The notes under the pieces are model-generated. The model ran no database searches. It saw nothing but the letters and a program-made list of their open reading frames with translations, and had not been told where the DNA came from. Shown here one piece after another: positions 9,821 to 22,262 of a stretch of 64,000 nt of DNA. Origin of the DNA: a bacterium (lineage in GTDB: Bacteria > UBA8248); NCBI GenBank assembly GCA_965207065.1, contig OZ242260.1:480001-544000 (forward strand). Reading direction: 5' to 3'. How positions within the stretch are numbered: position 1 is the stretch's first letter; every line of letters begins with the position of its first letter. A program made the translations under genes and the position numbers.

Positions 9821-10212
9821 GGGGCTGTTGAGAAAGCCCTTGCTGGGAAGAATTCCTCCTTCTTCAGTCAGAATTCACCCCCCACCCCCCTTTGTCAGGC
9901 CTGTCGATAAATTCCCACAGAGGGAGCGCGCTGAATTTCACTCCCCCCTTGAGGGGGAGTCAGTGAACTGAGGGCGTAAGCCCGAAAGTGAACTGGTGGG
10001 GGGTATAACTCGGAGTGGCGATAAAACGCGATTCACCCCCCACCGAATCGGCCTTCGCATAAACCGCTCGGCCTCTTCGACTCCCCCTCAAGGGGGGAGT
10101 GATTTTCCCTTCTCCTTGGGTAGTAATGATTCTCAAGGGGGGGAGTGATTTTCTCTCTTGTCGGTCGGTTACATACGACAAATTTAGAAACCAGGACTTT
10201 TCCTACAACCCC
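9821..10212. mobile_element. MITE-like composite bounded by ~16-bp imperfect terminal inverted repeats
   Basis: GGGGCTGTTGAGAAAG (9821) ... CTTTTCCTACAACCCC (10197-10212); encloses a 165-bp palindromic element. Confidence 0.55.
9938..10102. repeat. 165-bp palindromic element, copy 1
   Basis: Ends TCACTCCCCCCTTGAGGGGGAGTC / GACTCCCCCTCAAGGGGGGAGTGA; reverse-complement copy at 55275-55440. Confidence 0.9.
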
Positions 10213-10240
10213 CTCAAGTGGGGAGTGTTCTTATCGCATC

Positions 10241-10392
10241 TGTAGTGACAGCCCCTCCTAGGGCTGTCCCACAGGTCGCGAACTGTCCCTACGAATCGGA
10301 TGACAATTCCGTAGCGTAGGGACAACTCTTTTGGATTGTCCTGCTCCCGTGGTTGTCCTTCGTCAGGACAGGCACGGAGGCCTGTCCCTACA
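10241..10392. repeat. Cluster of GTAG-type REP palindromes
   Basis: GTAGTGACAGCCCC..; TGGTTGTCCTTCGTCAGGACAGGCACGGAGGCCTGTCCCTAC is the reverse complement of 58419-58460. Confidence 0.8.
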
Positions 10393-10448
10393 AAACCGAC
10401 GAAACAATTTCAAAAAAGCGGACAACCCAAATAGGGTCATCCCCTCCC

Positions 10449-13157
<2,709 letters not shown>

Positions 13158-13396
13158 CTTTCACCTCTCTCGGACGGGGTTTCCGCCTCCCGCAAAAAAC
13201 ATCGGGAAAACGTCCCCCACCCCGTCAAGCGCTCGTTGCGTCCGAAACCGCCCGTCGCAGGCGGTTTCGCGCAAAAGCTATAATCAATTGAATCATATTG
13301 GGTTACGGAATTATCGACTTCCAACTTGTGGAGATAATACCACAGACGAACTAAAAGGACGAGAGGGATTCAGAGTCCGCGTCCTGAATGCTATTA

Positions 13397-13822
13397 CTAC
13401 GCCTCTTTCACGACCATATAGGTGGCCGAGGCGAAGCAGACGAGTTTTTCCGCATCATCCACGATGCGCATCTCCCACACCGAGGTCTTTCGGCCCAGAT
13501 GCAGCGCCTTCGCCTCGCCGATGAGAGTTCCCTCCTTCACCGGACGCACGAAGTTGATCTTCATCTCCACCGTCACCACTTCCGTTCCGACCGGATAGCT
13601 CACGTAGCTGCCCACGCCGCCCACGGTGTCGGCCAGTGACGCCAGCGCGCCGCCGTGGATGATCCCGAAAGGCTGGTGGAGCTTCGGCTCCACGGGCATC
13701 GCGACGCGGGCGAAACCCTCTTCCGCTTCCAGTACCTCGAAACCCAGGAGGTCGTTGAAATTCCCCTGCCAGCGGGCCTGGAACACCCGCTCGACTTCCT
13801 CCCTCGTCCATGAACGCGCCAT
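13397..13822 (-). CDS. PaaI family thioesterase
   Basis: HQPFGIIHGGALASLADT, TVEMKINF. Confidence 0.9.
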   Translation of the reverse strand: MARSWTREEVERVFQARWQGNFNDLLGFEVLEAEEGFARVAMPVEPKLHQPFGIIHGGALASLADTVGGVGSYVSYPVGTEVVTVEMKINFVRPVKEGTLIGEAKALHLGRKTSVWEMRIVDDAEKLVCFASATYMVVKEA

Positions 13823-13955
13823 CTTCACCCTTTCAATCAGCGTGCCGCCCCGCGTGGGGGATGCGCGTGACATACGCCTGAGAATTCACCGGAAAACCGA
13901 CGAGGAAACGGAACCATTTCAGAAAGGCTGTAAAGCCTTCACGAAACTCCGCAAC

Positions 13956-14267
13956 TTACGCTGATCTTTTGAGCAGGACAGCCAGGGCTTCGGTTGATTT
14001 CCCCAGGGCTTCGTTCGATTTATCCAGACCCTCGTTTGTTTTATCCAGGCCTTCTAATGTTTTCTCAAAACCCTCAAGGGTTTTATCCAAGCTTTCCATT
14101 GTTTTCCGTAATGCTTCGCTACCTTCCCGGCCCTGGGCGATGATTTCATCGAGCGCCTTGTCCCTTTGCCTTGTTCCGGCGCGCATGGTGTAGAGTCCAT
14201 ACCAGATCAAAATACACTGCGCGATGCCTATGAGGTCTCCCGTGTTGATCGGCTGCAAATCCATCAT
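13956..14267 (-). CDS. Small membrane-anchored heptad-repeat protein (paralog 1)
   Basis: IGIAQCILIWYGLYTMR..RD segment shared with 43505 and 54505 genes; LEGLDKT-type heptads; TATAAT upstream at 14328-14333. Confidence 0.75.
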   Translation of the reverse strand: MMDLQPINTGDLIGIAQCILIWYGLYTMRAGTRQRDKALDEIIAQGREGSEALRKTMESLDKTLEGFEKTLEGLDKTNEGLDKSNEALGKSTEALAVLLKRSA

Positions 14268-14491
14268 CTTTCCGCATCCTCTCTTTCCGGGTCCTCAGTC
14301 AGGTTATCTCAAGGTTATCTCGTGAACATTATAGAACCAAAACGCGGGATGAGCACAATTGCCCGGCTCCCTCATTATGAAACCACACAAACAGATGAAC
14401 ACTCAAACAGGGTTACGGCCCTGTCCCCGCCACCGTATGCCCGGCGGCCATCTCCACGATACAGGCGGGAACGATGTCCTCGAAATACCGA

Positions 14492-14806
14492 TCAGCCGAA
14501 GATCTGCGTCGGCACGCGCCCCCATTCGGCGGGGTCGGTGACGATGTCGCCGCCCTCGCCCTCGTAGGAGAAGAAGAGGAGTTCGGTCTCGGTCTTTCTG
14601 CCCTTTTTCTCGAGACGCCGCACGGTGATGGTCGGCACGTGGGTGCCGAGTTCGAAGTTTTTGGCGTGGCTGACCGAGACGCTCGCCCCGAACTTGGCGG
14701 CGCAGCTCTCGAGTTGTTCCCTCGTCGTCTTCACCCGGCCGTCCGCGATGATTTCCCCGCCGAAGTTCTCCGTGAGGTCGACCACAAAAATTTCAGGCTC
14801 CAGCAT
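14492..14806 (-). CDS. Hypothetical protein
   Basis: 104-aa ORF with normal composition, GGAG upstream, fills the gap. Confidence 0.65.
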   Translation of the reverse strand: MLEPEIFVVDLTENFGGEIIADGRVKTTREQLESCAAKFGASVSVSHAKNFELGTHVPTITVRRLEKKGRKTETELLFFSYEGEGGDIVTDPAEWGRVPTQIFG

Positions 14807-15011
14807 GATGGCGCATTCTCCCTTGAAACGTGATGAACGAAAAGATGAGACGCCCCGTCCGGGGCGCTTGAAAGCGCGGAGTCTAGCAGAAAGGTGGTGA
14901 GGTGAGAAAGGGGGCGGCGGTTCGCCCGATGGAAAACACGTTATATCGCTATCCGGGAATGGAGTGTTCGGGTCGTTTCACTTGCAACCACCTGGTTTCT
15001 CCGTTTCCGCA

Positions 15012-15036
15012 AGGACAGGTCGCGACCTGTCCCTAC
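15012..15036. repeat. Single REP-like palindrome
   Basis: GGACAGGTCGCGACCTGTCCCTAC; near-identical unit at 59890-59913. Confidence 0.7.
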
Positions 15037-15202
15037 CAAAAGCTCAAACTGCCGTCTTGCATGCGTAGATGAGCCGCACTCCGTCCGCAATGGGCCGAGG
15101 ACAAGTAAAACATCATATATGAGATTGCATGTAATATCTGAATTCTTGCAACCGGCTAAATCTCAGATGAAATGTATCCCATCGAAAAATCGTCCAAGCC
15201 CC

Positions 15203-15967
15203 CTACCAGTCCCAAAAGAGCGTATACGCGCGTCCTGTGAAGGGCCCGGTTTCGCGCCACTCCAGGCGGGTCTGGCCGGTTTCGTTCATATGGCGGGGAT
15301 AGACGCGGCGCTTGTTGAAGCTGTTCGAAGCTCCCTGGGACTCCTCGCGCCGCGCGCCCACCAGTTGGCGTCCGGAGGGGATGAGCACTTCGAGGTGAAA
15401 CTCGTCGGTGGGGTATTCGACCACGAGCGTGACCCATTCGTTCCGCGTCGTGAACGCATCGCGCAGAACGAGTTCGTGGCGAATTTCGAAGAGCGCGCCC
15501 GCGCGGATAGGCTCGGACAGGGGCAGGTGCGCGGAATAATCCGCACCCGCGCCCTTCTCGATCCGGTATTCCAGGGACTCCCAGGGGACCTCGGCTTCTT
15601 CGCCTTCCAGGAGCCGGTAGGAATAGGCCACCTCCCTGTCGCCGCTGCCCGTGTGGTAGCGCGTCTTCACCCGGGGCAGCTCCCGCCGGGCCAGGCAGCG
15701 CCGCACGCTCTCCATGCGCGCGACGCGCCCATCGACGTCTTCTATCGTGTAGGTGCGGGTGTGGAGCAGTACGCGGTAGTCGTACTCCTCATACGCGCCA
15801 TCCTCCCGCTGGTGAGCGCCGGCGGCGAGGGCTTCCTCGATATGGCGGACGCGCGCTTCGAGCGCATCGAGTTTCCCGGCGGATTCTTCCTGGCGCTTTC
15901 GAATCGAAGAAATGCCGCTGGAGAGTTCTTTGATGAGGTCTGCCGTTTCCGGAGTTTCATCCGCCAT
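15203..15967 (-). CDS. Hypothetical protein, N-terminal coiled coil + beta-rich C-terminal domain
   Basis: Coding-like ORF; LSSGISSIRKRQEE..LDALEARV coil; ends ..G.AYTLFWDW. Confidence 0.7.
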   Translation of the reverse strand: MADETPETADLIKELSSGISSIRKRQEESAGKLDALEARVRHIEEALAAGAHQREDGAYEEYDYRVLLHTRTYTIEDVDGRVARMESVRRCLARRELPRVKTRYHTGSGDREVAYSYRLLEGEEAEVPWESLEYRIEKGAGADYSAHLPLSEPIRAGALFEIRHELVLRDAFTTRNEWVTLVVEYPTDEFHLEVLIPSGRQLVGARREESQGASNSFNKRRVYPRHMNETGQTRLEWRETGPFTGRAYTLFWDW

Positions 15968-16181
15968 TTGGGTGCATCCACCATGCTGCATCGTGTCGCG
16001 CATTTTCCCGCAATTGCCGCGCCCGTGTCTCCCTGGCAAGAGGTATACCAACATACCGGGCGCACGGGCAAGGAGCGTCTCGGGCATCCCGTTTTTCCAT
16101 CAGGCAAATCTGAAAAATAAGATAAATTTCGATAAATTCACGAGGTTTCTCGATAAATTAAGGAAATTATAACATATTGTA

Positions 16182-17324
16182 TTATATAGGGTTGAGTAGT
16201 TTCAAGGCATCCCGGGACTGCAGGCGGCGGGCATCGGCCAACTGCCCGCACGCCGCCAGGATATCGACTCCCTTGGCAGTTCGCGTGGTGGCCACCAGGC
16301 CCGCGGCAAGGAGTATGCGGCGGAATTCCTCGACACGCTCATCATCTGGCCGCTCGAACGCGACTCCGGGAAAGGGATTCCAGGGGATGAGGTTCACCTT
16401 GCATTTCAGCCCCTCCAGGAGCCGCGAGAGAGCCTTCGCGTCCCCTCTGGAGTCGTTCACACCCCGCAGCATAACGTATTCAAAGGTGATGCGGCGGCGT
16501 TCGCTAATCGGCAACTCCCGGCATTCAGCGAGAAGCGCACTCAAGTTCCACTTGCGGTTCACCGGCACCAGATTTTCTCTGGTTTCATCATCCGCCGCAT
16601 GCAGCGAAACGGCCAGACCCACCCCCGGCACGGAGGAGACGAAATCCTTCAATCTCGAAACAATCCCCACAGTCGAAACGGTAAGCCTCCTCGCGCTGAC
16701 GCCGTTCGCCTGCGGGTGTGTGAGAATCCGCACGGCCTTTACAGTGGCGTCGAAATTATCGAGCGGCTCCCCCATTCCCATGAACACGACGTTGTGAAAA
16801 CGTTCCCCGGGGGCAAGGAGGCTTCTCGCGGCGAGGAATTGACCGACGATTTCACCGGCGCTCAACTGCCTGACGAAACCCATCTTCGCCGTCAGGCAAA
16901 ACGCGCATCCCATCGCGCATCCGACCTGCGTGGAAACGCAAAGAGACCACCGCATGACGCCGTTTACGTTTCTCATGGGTATTCGGACGCTCTCGACCCG
17001 CGCGCCGTCACACAGCCGCCACACATATTTTTCCGTGCCGTCCGCACTTTTATTCTCCCGGTCGAGTTCGAGAGTCTGCAGACGTGCCGCTTCTCCGAGC
17101 TTTGCTCCAAAACCCTTGGGAATGTTGGTCATCTGCGAGAATTCGCTTACGCCGTGGGCGTAGAGCCACGAGAATAACTGCCGGCCTCTGTAGGGGGGTT
17201 CCCCCATCTCCTCGCATAAGGAAACGAGTTCCTCCTCATCCATGCCGACAAGATCGACTAGCCCAGGGGAGAGCACTTGTTTTACCCGATCTGCCGCGAA
17301 TTTCGTTGTCGAGTCATTTTTCAT
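16182..17324 (-). CDS. rlmN: 23S rRNA m2A2503 / tRNA methyltransferase (radical SAM)
   Basis: CVSTQVGCAMGCAFC, VFMGMGEP, AVSLHA, DILAACGQL. Confidence 0.96.
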   Translation of the reverse strand: MKNDSTTKFAADRVKQVLSPGLVDLVGMDEEELVSLCEEMGEPPYRGRQLFSWLYAHGVSEFSQMTNIPKGFGAKLGEAARLQTLELDRENKSADGTEKYVWRLCDGARVESVRIPMRNVNGVMRWSLCVSTQVGCAMGCAFCLTAKMGFVRQLSAGEIVGQFLAARSLLAPGERFHNVVFMGMGEPLDNFDATVKAVRILTHPQANGVSARRLTVSTVGIVSRLKDFVSSVPGVGLAVSLHAADDETRENLVPVNRKWNLSALLAECRELPISERRRITFEYVMLRGVNDSRGDAKALSRLLEGLKCKVNLIPWNPFPGVAFERPDDERVEEFRRILLAAGLVATTRTAKGVDILAACGQLADARRLQSRDALKLLNPI

Positions 17325-17412
17325 AGACAGGCCTATGGTGTTATGGTTTGCTCGTTTTGCTTCCGGCATGAATCATATCATGATTGTACCTAAGGAATTG
17401 GAAAGCTATTAG

Positions 17413-18048
17413 ATGGCCATACGCGCGATTCTTTTAGACCATGACGGCACGCTTGTCGACAGCTACGATGGCATCGCAAAGTGCATGCGCCTCATGTGCC
17501 GTGACCTGGGCGTGCCCGAAATGAGCGATGCGGAGATTCTCGCATCCATCGGCCCCACGCTCGAGGAAAGATTCACCCAACTGTGGGGAGAAGACATGGC
17601 CAACCAGGCAGTGCGCATCTACCGCTCCCATTACAAGGTTCATAATGTCGCGGGCACCCATATCATTCCCGGGGTGAAAAAAACGCTCGAAACCCTCGCC
17701 CAACGGGGCATTCAGATGGCTTGCGTTTCGAACAAGGCATGGTTCTTCTGCAAGGAGCAGTTAGAGCACGTCGGGCTCTTGCCCTACATTCGAGCAGTAT
17801 TCGGTCACCGCCAGGGATATGCGCCGAAACCGGCCCCTGAGATGCTGTTCGCCGCTATCAAATCGCTTGAAGCGAAACCAGAAGAAGTCGTCATGGTCGG
17901 GGATACAACAACGGATTTGCTGGCCGCCAGAAACGCATCGATCCCTGCATGGATCATCAAGGGGAAATACTCTCAGCATGATAATATAATGAAATTAAAC
18001 CCGGATAGATATTTGGAAAAATTAGAGGACATCCTGGATTTGATATAA
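17413..18048 (+). CDS. HAD family hydrolase (phosphoglycolate phosphatase-like)
   Basis: DHDGTLVDS, SNK, KPAP, VGDTTTD motifs. Confidence 0.9.
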   Translation: MAIRAILLDHDGTLVDSYDGIAKCMRLMCRDLGVPEMSDAEILASIGPTLEERFTQLWGEDMANQAVRIYRSHYKVHNVAGTHIIPGVKKTLETLAQRGIQMACVSNKAWFFCKEQLEHVGLLPYIRAVFGHRQGYAPKPAPEMLFAAIKSLEAKPEEVVMVGDTTTDLLAARNASIPAWIIKGKYSQHDNIMKLNPDRYLEKLEDILDLI

Positions 18049-18236
18049 TTCACCAACTGCCGCTTGCGCACTCAATGTCGGTTCTCTATCTTTTATTTCG
18101 TGAAGGAAACAGCAGAGCGCAATTGCACCAACCCAAGTTCGCGCAAGAGACTTTTCTTGCTCTTTCATCTCGCAGCTATATTTGAGTCGAAACGGGAAGG
18201 TACTCAGCCCAAACCAATTCAAATACTTTCCTCGGA

Positions 18237-19013
18237 ATGAATCTCATGAGCATAATCTTCAGCGCCCTGATCACGATTTACATTTTATTTCTCATCCTCG
18301 AACTAACAGACTTCCGACTCGGGCGCAGTAAATACATGTGGGCGCTTACGAGACTCCTGCTCGCCGGATTTGCCCTTGCCGCTGTATGGATGCCCTTTCA
18401 GCATCCTATCCCGTCCATAACGAAATTGATGCAGTTAAAGAAAATCCCGTTTCTCGCCCAAAAAACTCATCCCGATGAACATATGAAGACACCGGCAAAC
18501 GGAAATTTCCCGATCGAAAAACCCGGAATCTTCTGGCACATACATCATTACTCCAGGCTCTACGAGATCGATCCCCTGTTGGTGCGCGCCGTCATCGAGG
18601 TGGAAAGCAACTTTAATCCACAGGCCGTTTCTCATGATGGAGCCAAAGGACTAATGCAAATCAACCCGATTACTGCAAAACATCTGGGCCTCAACGATGT
18701 TTTCGACATCGGTGAAAACATCGAGGGCGGCGTGCGTTATCTACGATATTTACTTGAGTCATATGGCTGGAATTTACACATGGCACTGGCCTCATATAAT
18801 GCAGGGCCCGCCAACATCCGGCGCTATAATGGGATTCCTCCCTTTAAAGAAACGCGCCGGTACATCGCAAAGGTCATAGAAGTATACGAACGCCTCAAAA
18901 GAACGAATAAAGTATTCAACGACACCTCCCGACTTTCAGCTTTGCTCCGTCCGTCACTCAACACGGAAGTAAAAACGGATGAAACTCTTCAGCGGCCAAT
19001 AACGCCACAGTGA
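18237..19013 (+). CDS. Lytic transglycosylase (SLT domain), membrane-anchored
   Basis: VESNFNPQAVS..GAKGLMQ, ALASYNAG, PPFKETRRY; N-terminal hydrophobic helices. Confidence 0.9.
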   Translation: MNLMSIIFSALITIYILFLILELTDFRLGRSKYMWALTRLLLAGFALAAVWMPFQHPIPSITKLMQLKKIPFLAQKTHPDEHMKTPANGNFPIEKPGIFWHIHHYSRLYEIDPLLVRAVIEVESNFNPQAVSHDGAKGLMQINPITAKHLGLNDVFDIGENIEGGVRYLRYLLESYGWNLHMALASYNAGPANIRRYNGIPPFKETRRYIAKVIEVYERLKRTNKVFNDTSRLSALLRPSLNTEVKTDETLQRPITPQ

Positions 19014-19192
19014 GCTGAAACGCAAAAGGATTTGTTTCCATTCGGGAAAGTGCAGGTAATTCGCATCAAAAGATGGCAATGATGCGTCATTCGGAAATCA
19101 CATTGCCAAACCATGCCTCAGATCTATAATTTGCAATGTAAAGAAATTATTCGCCCCTGAATCAATATTCATACATCGCACCAGGACATAGC

Positions 19193-19933
19193 ATGCCAAT
19201 CAGCGTTTCCTCACCAACCACCCGAAAACGAAAAATTCTGAAAATCACGGACAGATTGTTGCACCGCTTCGGGAAGCCAAAGCGCATAAAGCAAAGCAGT
19301 CTACTGGATGCTCTCGTTGAAACACTTCTTTCACAGAGTACAACCGACCATAATCGCGATTTGGCGTTTAATTCCCTGAAAAAAAGTTTCAGCAACTGGG
19401 ATGAAATCGCTGACGCCCCTCAAGCGGCTCTTGCCAGAGCAATCCGTTCGGCCGGGTTGGGGAATCAGAAAGCCGGGAGAATCCGGGATTTTCTGAGATG
19501 GCTTCGTAAGGATCGAGAACAACTCTGCCTGGAATTCCTGCACCATGAAACAGATGATTTCGCCGTACAATATCTTACCCGGCACAAAGGCATCGGCGTC
19601 AAAACCGCGTATGTCACCTTGATGCTGGCTTCAAACCGGGATTTGTTCCCCATCGATGTTCACATTCACCGGATCATGATTCGACTGGGCATCATTCCTG
19701 AGAAAACGACGCCTGAAAAATCTCACCCGGTCCTTGCCCCACTCATTCCCAAAGGCCGCGCCCATGAATTACACATGAACATGCTGAGCTTTGGCCGAAC
19801 CATTTGCACCGCCCGCAATCCCAAATGCGCTGACTGTGATATGCGGCGCATGTGCTCCTACTATAAAGACCGGAACCCGGGAAAATCCAAAGGCGGAGAA
19901 ATTCACCTTACGCAAAAGCAAACCAGCCCATGA
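19193..19933 (+). CDS. Endonuclease III-like HhH-GPD DNA glycosylase
   Basis: LLSQSTTD, GIGVKTA, PIDVH, CTARNPKCADC..C Fe-S motif. Confidence 0.9.
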   Translation: MPISVSSPTTRKRKILKITDRLLHRFGKPKRIKQSSLLDALVETLLSQSTTDHNRDLAFNSLKKSFSNWDEIADAPQAALARAIRSAGLGNQKAGRIRDFLRWLRKDREQLCLEFLHHETDDFAVQYLTRHKGIGVKTAYVTLMLASNRDLFPIDVHIHRIMIRLGIIPEKTTPEKSHPVLAPLIPKGRAHELHMNMLSFGRTICTARNPKCADCDMRRMCSYYKDRNPGKSKGGEIHLTQKQTSP

Positions 19934-20826
19934 ACTGGATTCAACTTGTTGGTCTTGGTGAACTACTGGCAATCGGATCCTCCATCACATTCTCCGTAGC
20001 GCAGACTTTTCTCAGACAAGGAATGAGAAGCGTATCTCCATTGGCCGCCGCTTTGATAGTCAATGGAATCGTAAGCCTGGGCGGCCTCATCATATCTCTT
20101 GTAAACGGCACGCTTTTTACTTCCAAGGCAGAAGCCATCTTCTGGTACGCCGCCGTGGGCGTCGCGGGTCCCACCATCGGTAGGTATAGCTACCTGGTGG
20201 GAGTCTCCCGTATTGGACTCAGCCGCAGCGTGCCCATATCTTCAGCGGCCCCTATTTGGGGAACTTTTTTCGCAATGCTAGTCTTGGGCGAGGACCCGAC
20301 GACCATGGTCATACTCGGAACCCTGGGTATCGTCATCGGGGTATCCATTCTCGGGATACAAGACGATAAATCGCAATCTTTCAAAAGCTGGTTTCAAGGA
20401 GCGCTCATATTTCCGCTCGTCGCTTCACTGGCGTACGCAATAGCGCCTATCTTCGCCAAGCTCGCTTACACCCATCAAATGACACCAAGCGTCGGCATGT
20501 TCATTTCTTTCGCAACAGCCAATTGTATTCTTCTGCTCACAAAGCCAATCCTGCCCGGCCAAAATGATATTCGCGGTAAAAAAAGAGGTCTCATCTGGGT
20601 GGGAGGCGCGGGGCTCATTGGTATTTGCAGCTCGTTTATGCTCTGGACGGCCTTTACGATGGCGAGCGTGTCCACCGCTCTGCCCCTGAGCCGAATCGCG
20701 CCAATCTGGGTGTTGATCCTGAGCTATTTCTTTCTGGGAAAACTCGAAACAATAAACCGCAAAACAGTTCTGGCCACGATTTGCGTCGTCGCGGGCGGAG
20801 TGATGATCACCGCCTTCAGAAACTAA
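19930..20826 (+). CDS. EamA/DMT family transporter
   Basis: ~10 TM helices, two repeats, LVLGE / FLGKLE motifs. Confidence 0.85.
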   Translation: MNWIQLVGLGELLAIGSSITFSVAQTFLRQGMRSVSPLAAALIVNGIVSLGGLIISLVNGTLFTSKAEAIFWYAAVGVAGPTIGRYSYLVGVSRIGLSRSVPISSAAPIWGTFFAMLVLGEDPTTMVILGTLGIVIGVSILGIQDDKSQSFKSWFQGALIFPLVASLAYAIAPIFAKLAYTHQMTPSVGMFISFATANCILLLTKPILPGQNDIRGKKRGLIWVGGAGLIGICSSFMLWTAFTMASVSTALPLSRIAPIWVLILSYFFLGKLETINRKTVLATICVVAGGVMITAFRN

Positions 20827-20886
20827 CCCTCAAACAGCGCGCGAAGCACCGAATTCCCCGGCCGGATTTTCCCCGCCAGCGAAGCC

Positions 20887-22134
20887 CTACCTGCCCGCCG
20901 CCGCCTCTGCGACACGAGGGGAATAAATGAGATCATCCACCTGGGGCGGGTCTTCGAGAAAACCGGCCGCTTTGAGCGTCAAGACATCGTTCGTGCCGTC
21001 TGAATGCAGGAAGCTCAGGGCATCGCGCATGAGTTTCTCAATCGGGTTTTTCCGCATGTACCCCGCCGCGCCCCAAAGCTCCATCGCCTCCTGACACACC
21101 TGTACGGCGGACTCGGATGCGAATACCTTGCTCAGCATCGCATTTTTCCGGTCCATCTCCTCAAGCTGGGTGGACCACGCCGTGCGCCACAAATATGAGC
21201 GAGAGGCTTCTATTTTCATCGCCATCCGCGCAAGCCTGATTTGCTGAAGCTGGTGATCGAGCAAAGGCACGCTTCCCTGGATTCGGGCATGCGCATACTG
21301 CAAAGAGAGATCATACGCACGTTGCGCCACCCCCAGGACGGTGGCGCCCGCCTGGATGTTGCTCCCGTGTCTTATGAACAAATTGGCCAGAGCGGGCAGA
21401 GCTTGCCCCACTTCCCCGATCTGGTCTTGCGCCGGGACTTCCACGTCGTGAAACTCCAGCGTTCCATTCTGAACACATCGCTGGCCTAGTTTGTCCCATA
21501 CTTCCGTAACCTCAAATCCCTTGGCGTCAGAGGGCACCAGAAAGGCCGTGAGACTGTTCATCATTGGATTGCTTTTATCTGTCCGAGCGGCGATTTGATA
21601 AACTTTGGCGAGACCCCCGTTAGAGATATACCGCTTCGCGCCGTTCAATACCCAGCGATCTCCTTTTTTTTCCGCATACGTCTGTATTCCGGCGCCTGGA
21701 TTCTGATTGGGCCAGACGTTGTCGCTACCCGCCATGGGCTCCGTCCAGGCAGTCGCCAGAATGCACTCGTCATCATCCATGATTTGGGGGAGCCAGCGTT
21801 TTTGCTGCTCTTCGTTCGCCATGTTGGCAATCGACGTCATGATCTTCCACGTCTGATCAAAGGCGACGGCCAGTCCCAGATCCCCATACGCCAGCGTTTC
21901 CCCCACAATGGCGCAGGAAAGAACGTCGGCGCCTTCACCTCCAAATTCTTTCGGGACGGTCAGCGTCCTGAGGCCCCGCTTCGAACCTTCTCTGATGACT
22001 TCCCAGTTAAAGGATGCTTCGGGATCTTCGATGCGGTCCGCGACCTCCGCGGCGGGGATCATCACTTCGGTGGCGAATCTTTTCGCAATATTTCTGAGTT
22101 CCATCTGCCGGGCGGTGAGCTGGAAATCGACCAT
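20887..22134 (-). CDS. Acyl-CoA dehydrogenase family
   Basis: TEPMAGSD, NGAKRYISNG, KLGQR, GAAGYM..IEKLMRDA. Confidence 0.92.
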   Translation of the reverse strand: MVDFQLTARQMELRNIAKRFATEVMIPAAEVADRIEDPEASFNWEVIREGSKRGLRTLTVPKEFGGEGADVLSCAIVGETLAYGDLGLAVAFDQTWKIMTSIANMANEEQQKRWLPQIMDDDECILATAWTEPMAGSDNVWPNQNPGAGIQTYAEKKGDRWVLNGAKRYISNGGLAKVYQIAARTDKSNPMMNSLTAFLVPSDAKGFEVTEVWDKLGQRCVQNGTLEFHDVEVPAQDQIGEVGQALPALANLFIRHGSNIQAGATVLGVAQRAYDLSLQYAHARIQGSVPLLDHQLQQIRLARMAMKIEASRSYLWRTAWSTQLEEMDRKNAMLSKVFASESAVQVCQEAMELWGAAGYMRKNPIEKLMRDALSFLHSDGTNDVLTLKAAGFLEDPPQVDDLIYSPRVAEAAAGR

Positions 22135-22262
22135 CGGTTGAATCCTCCAAGTGAAAAATCGTCATGCTAATTCAGGCGCGATGCAATAGTTGCGAATCAT
22201 CTTTCCAAGAAAACCCGCTTATGCGCCTCCGCTTATCTCAGTTCTCAAAATGTGAGCGCAGT

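Noticed and set aside
16161-16195. dif (XerCD) site in AT-rich tract
   Set aside because: Arm spacing does not fit 11-6-11, the TTATG of the XerD arm is absent, and it overlaps the rlmN stop.
18237-19013. Prophage or conjugative element suggested by a lytic transglycosylase and low GC
   Set aside because: Neighbours are housekeeping genes; no phage, T4SS or integrase genes.
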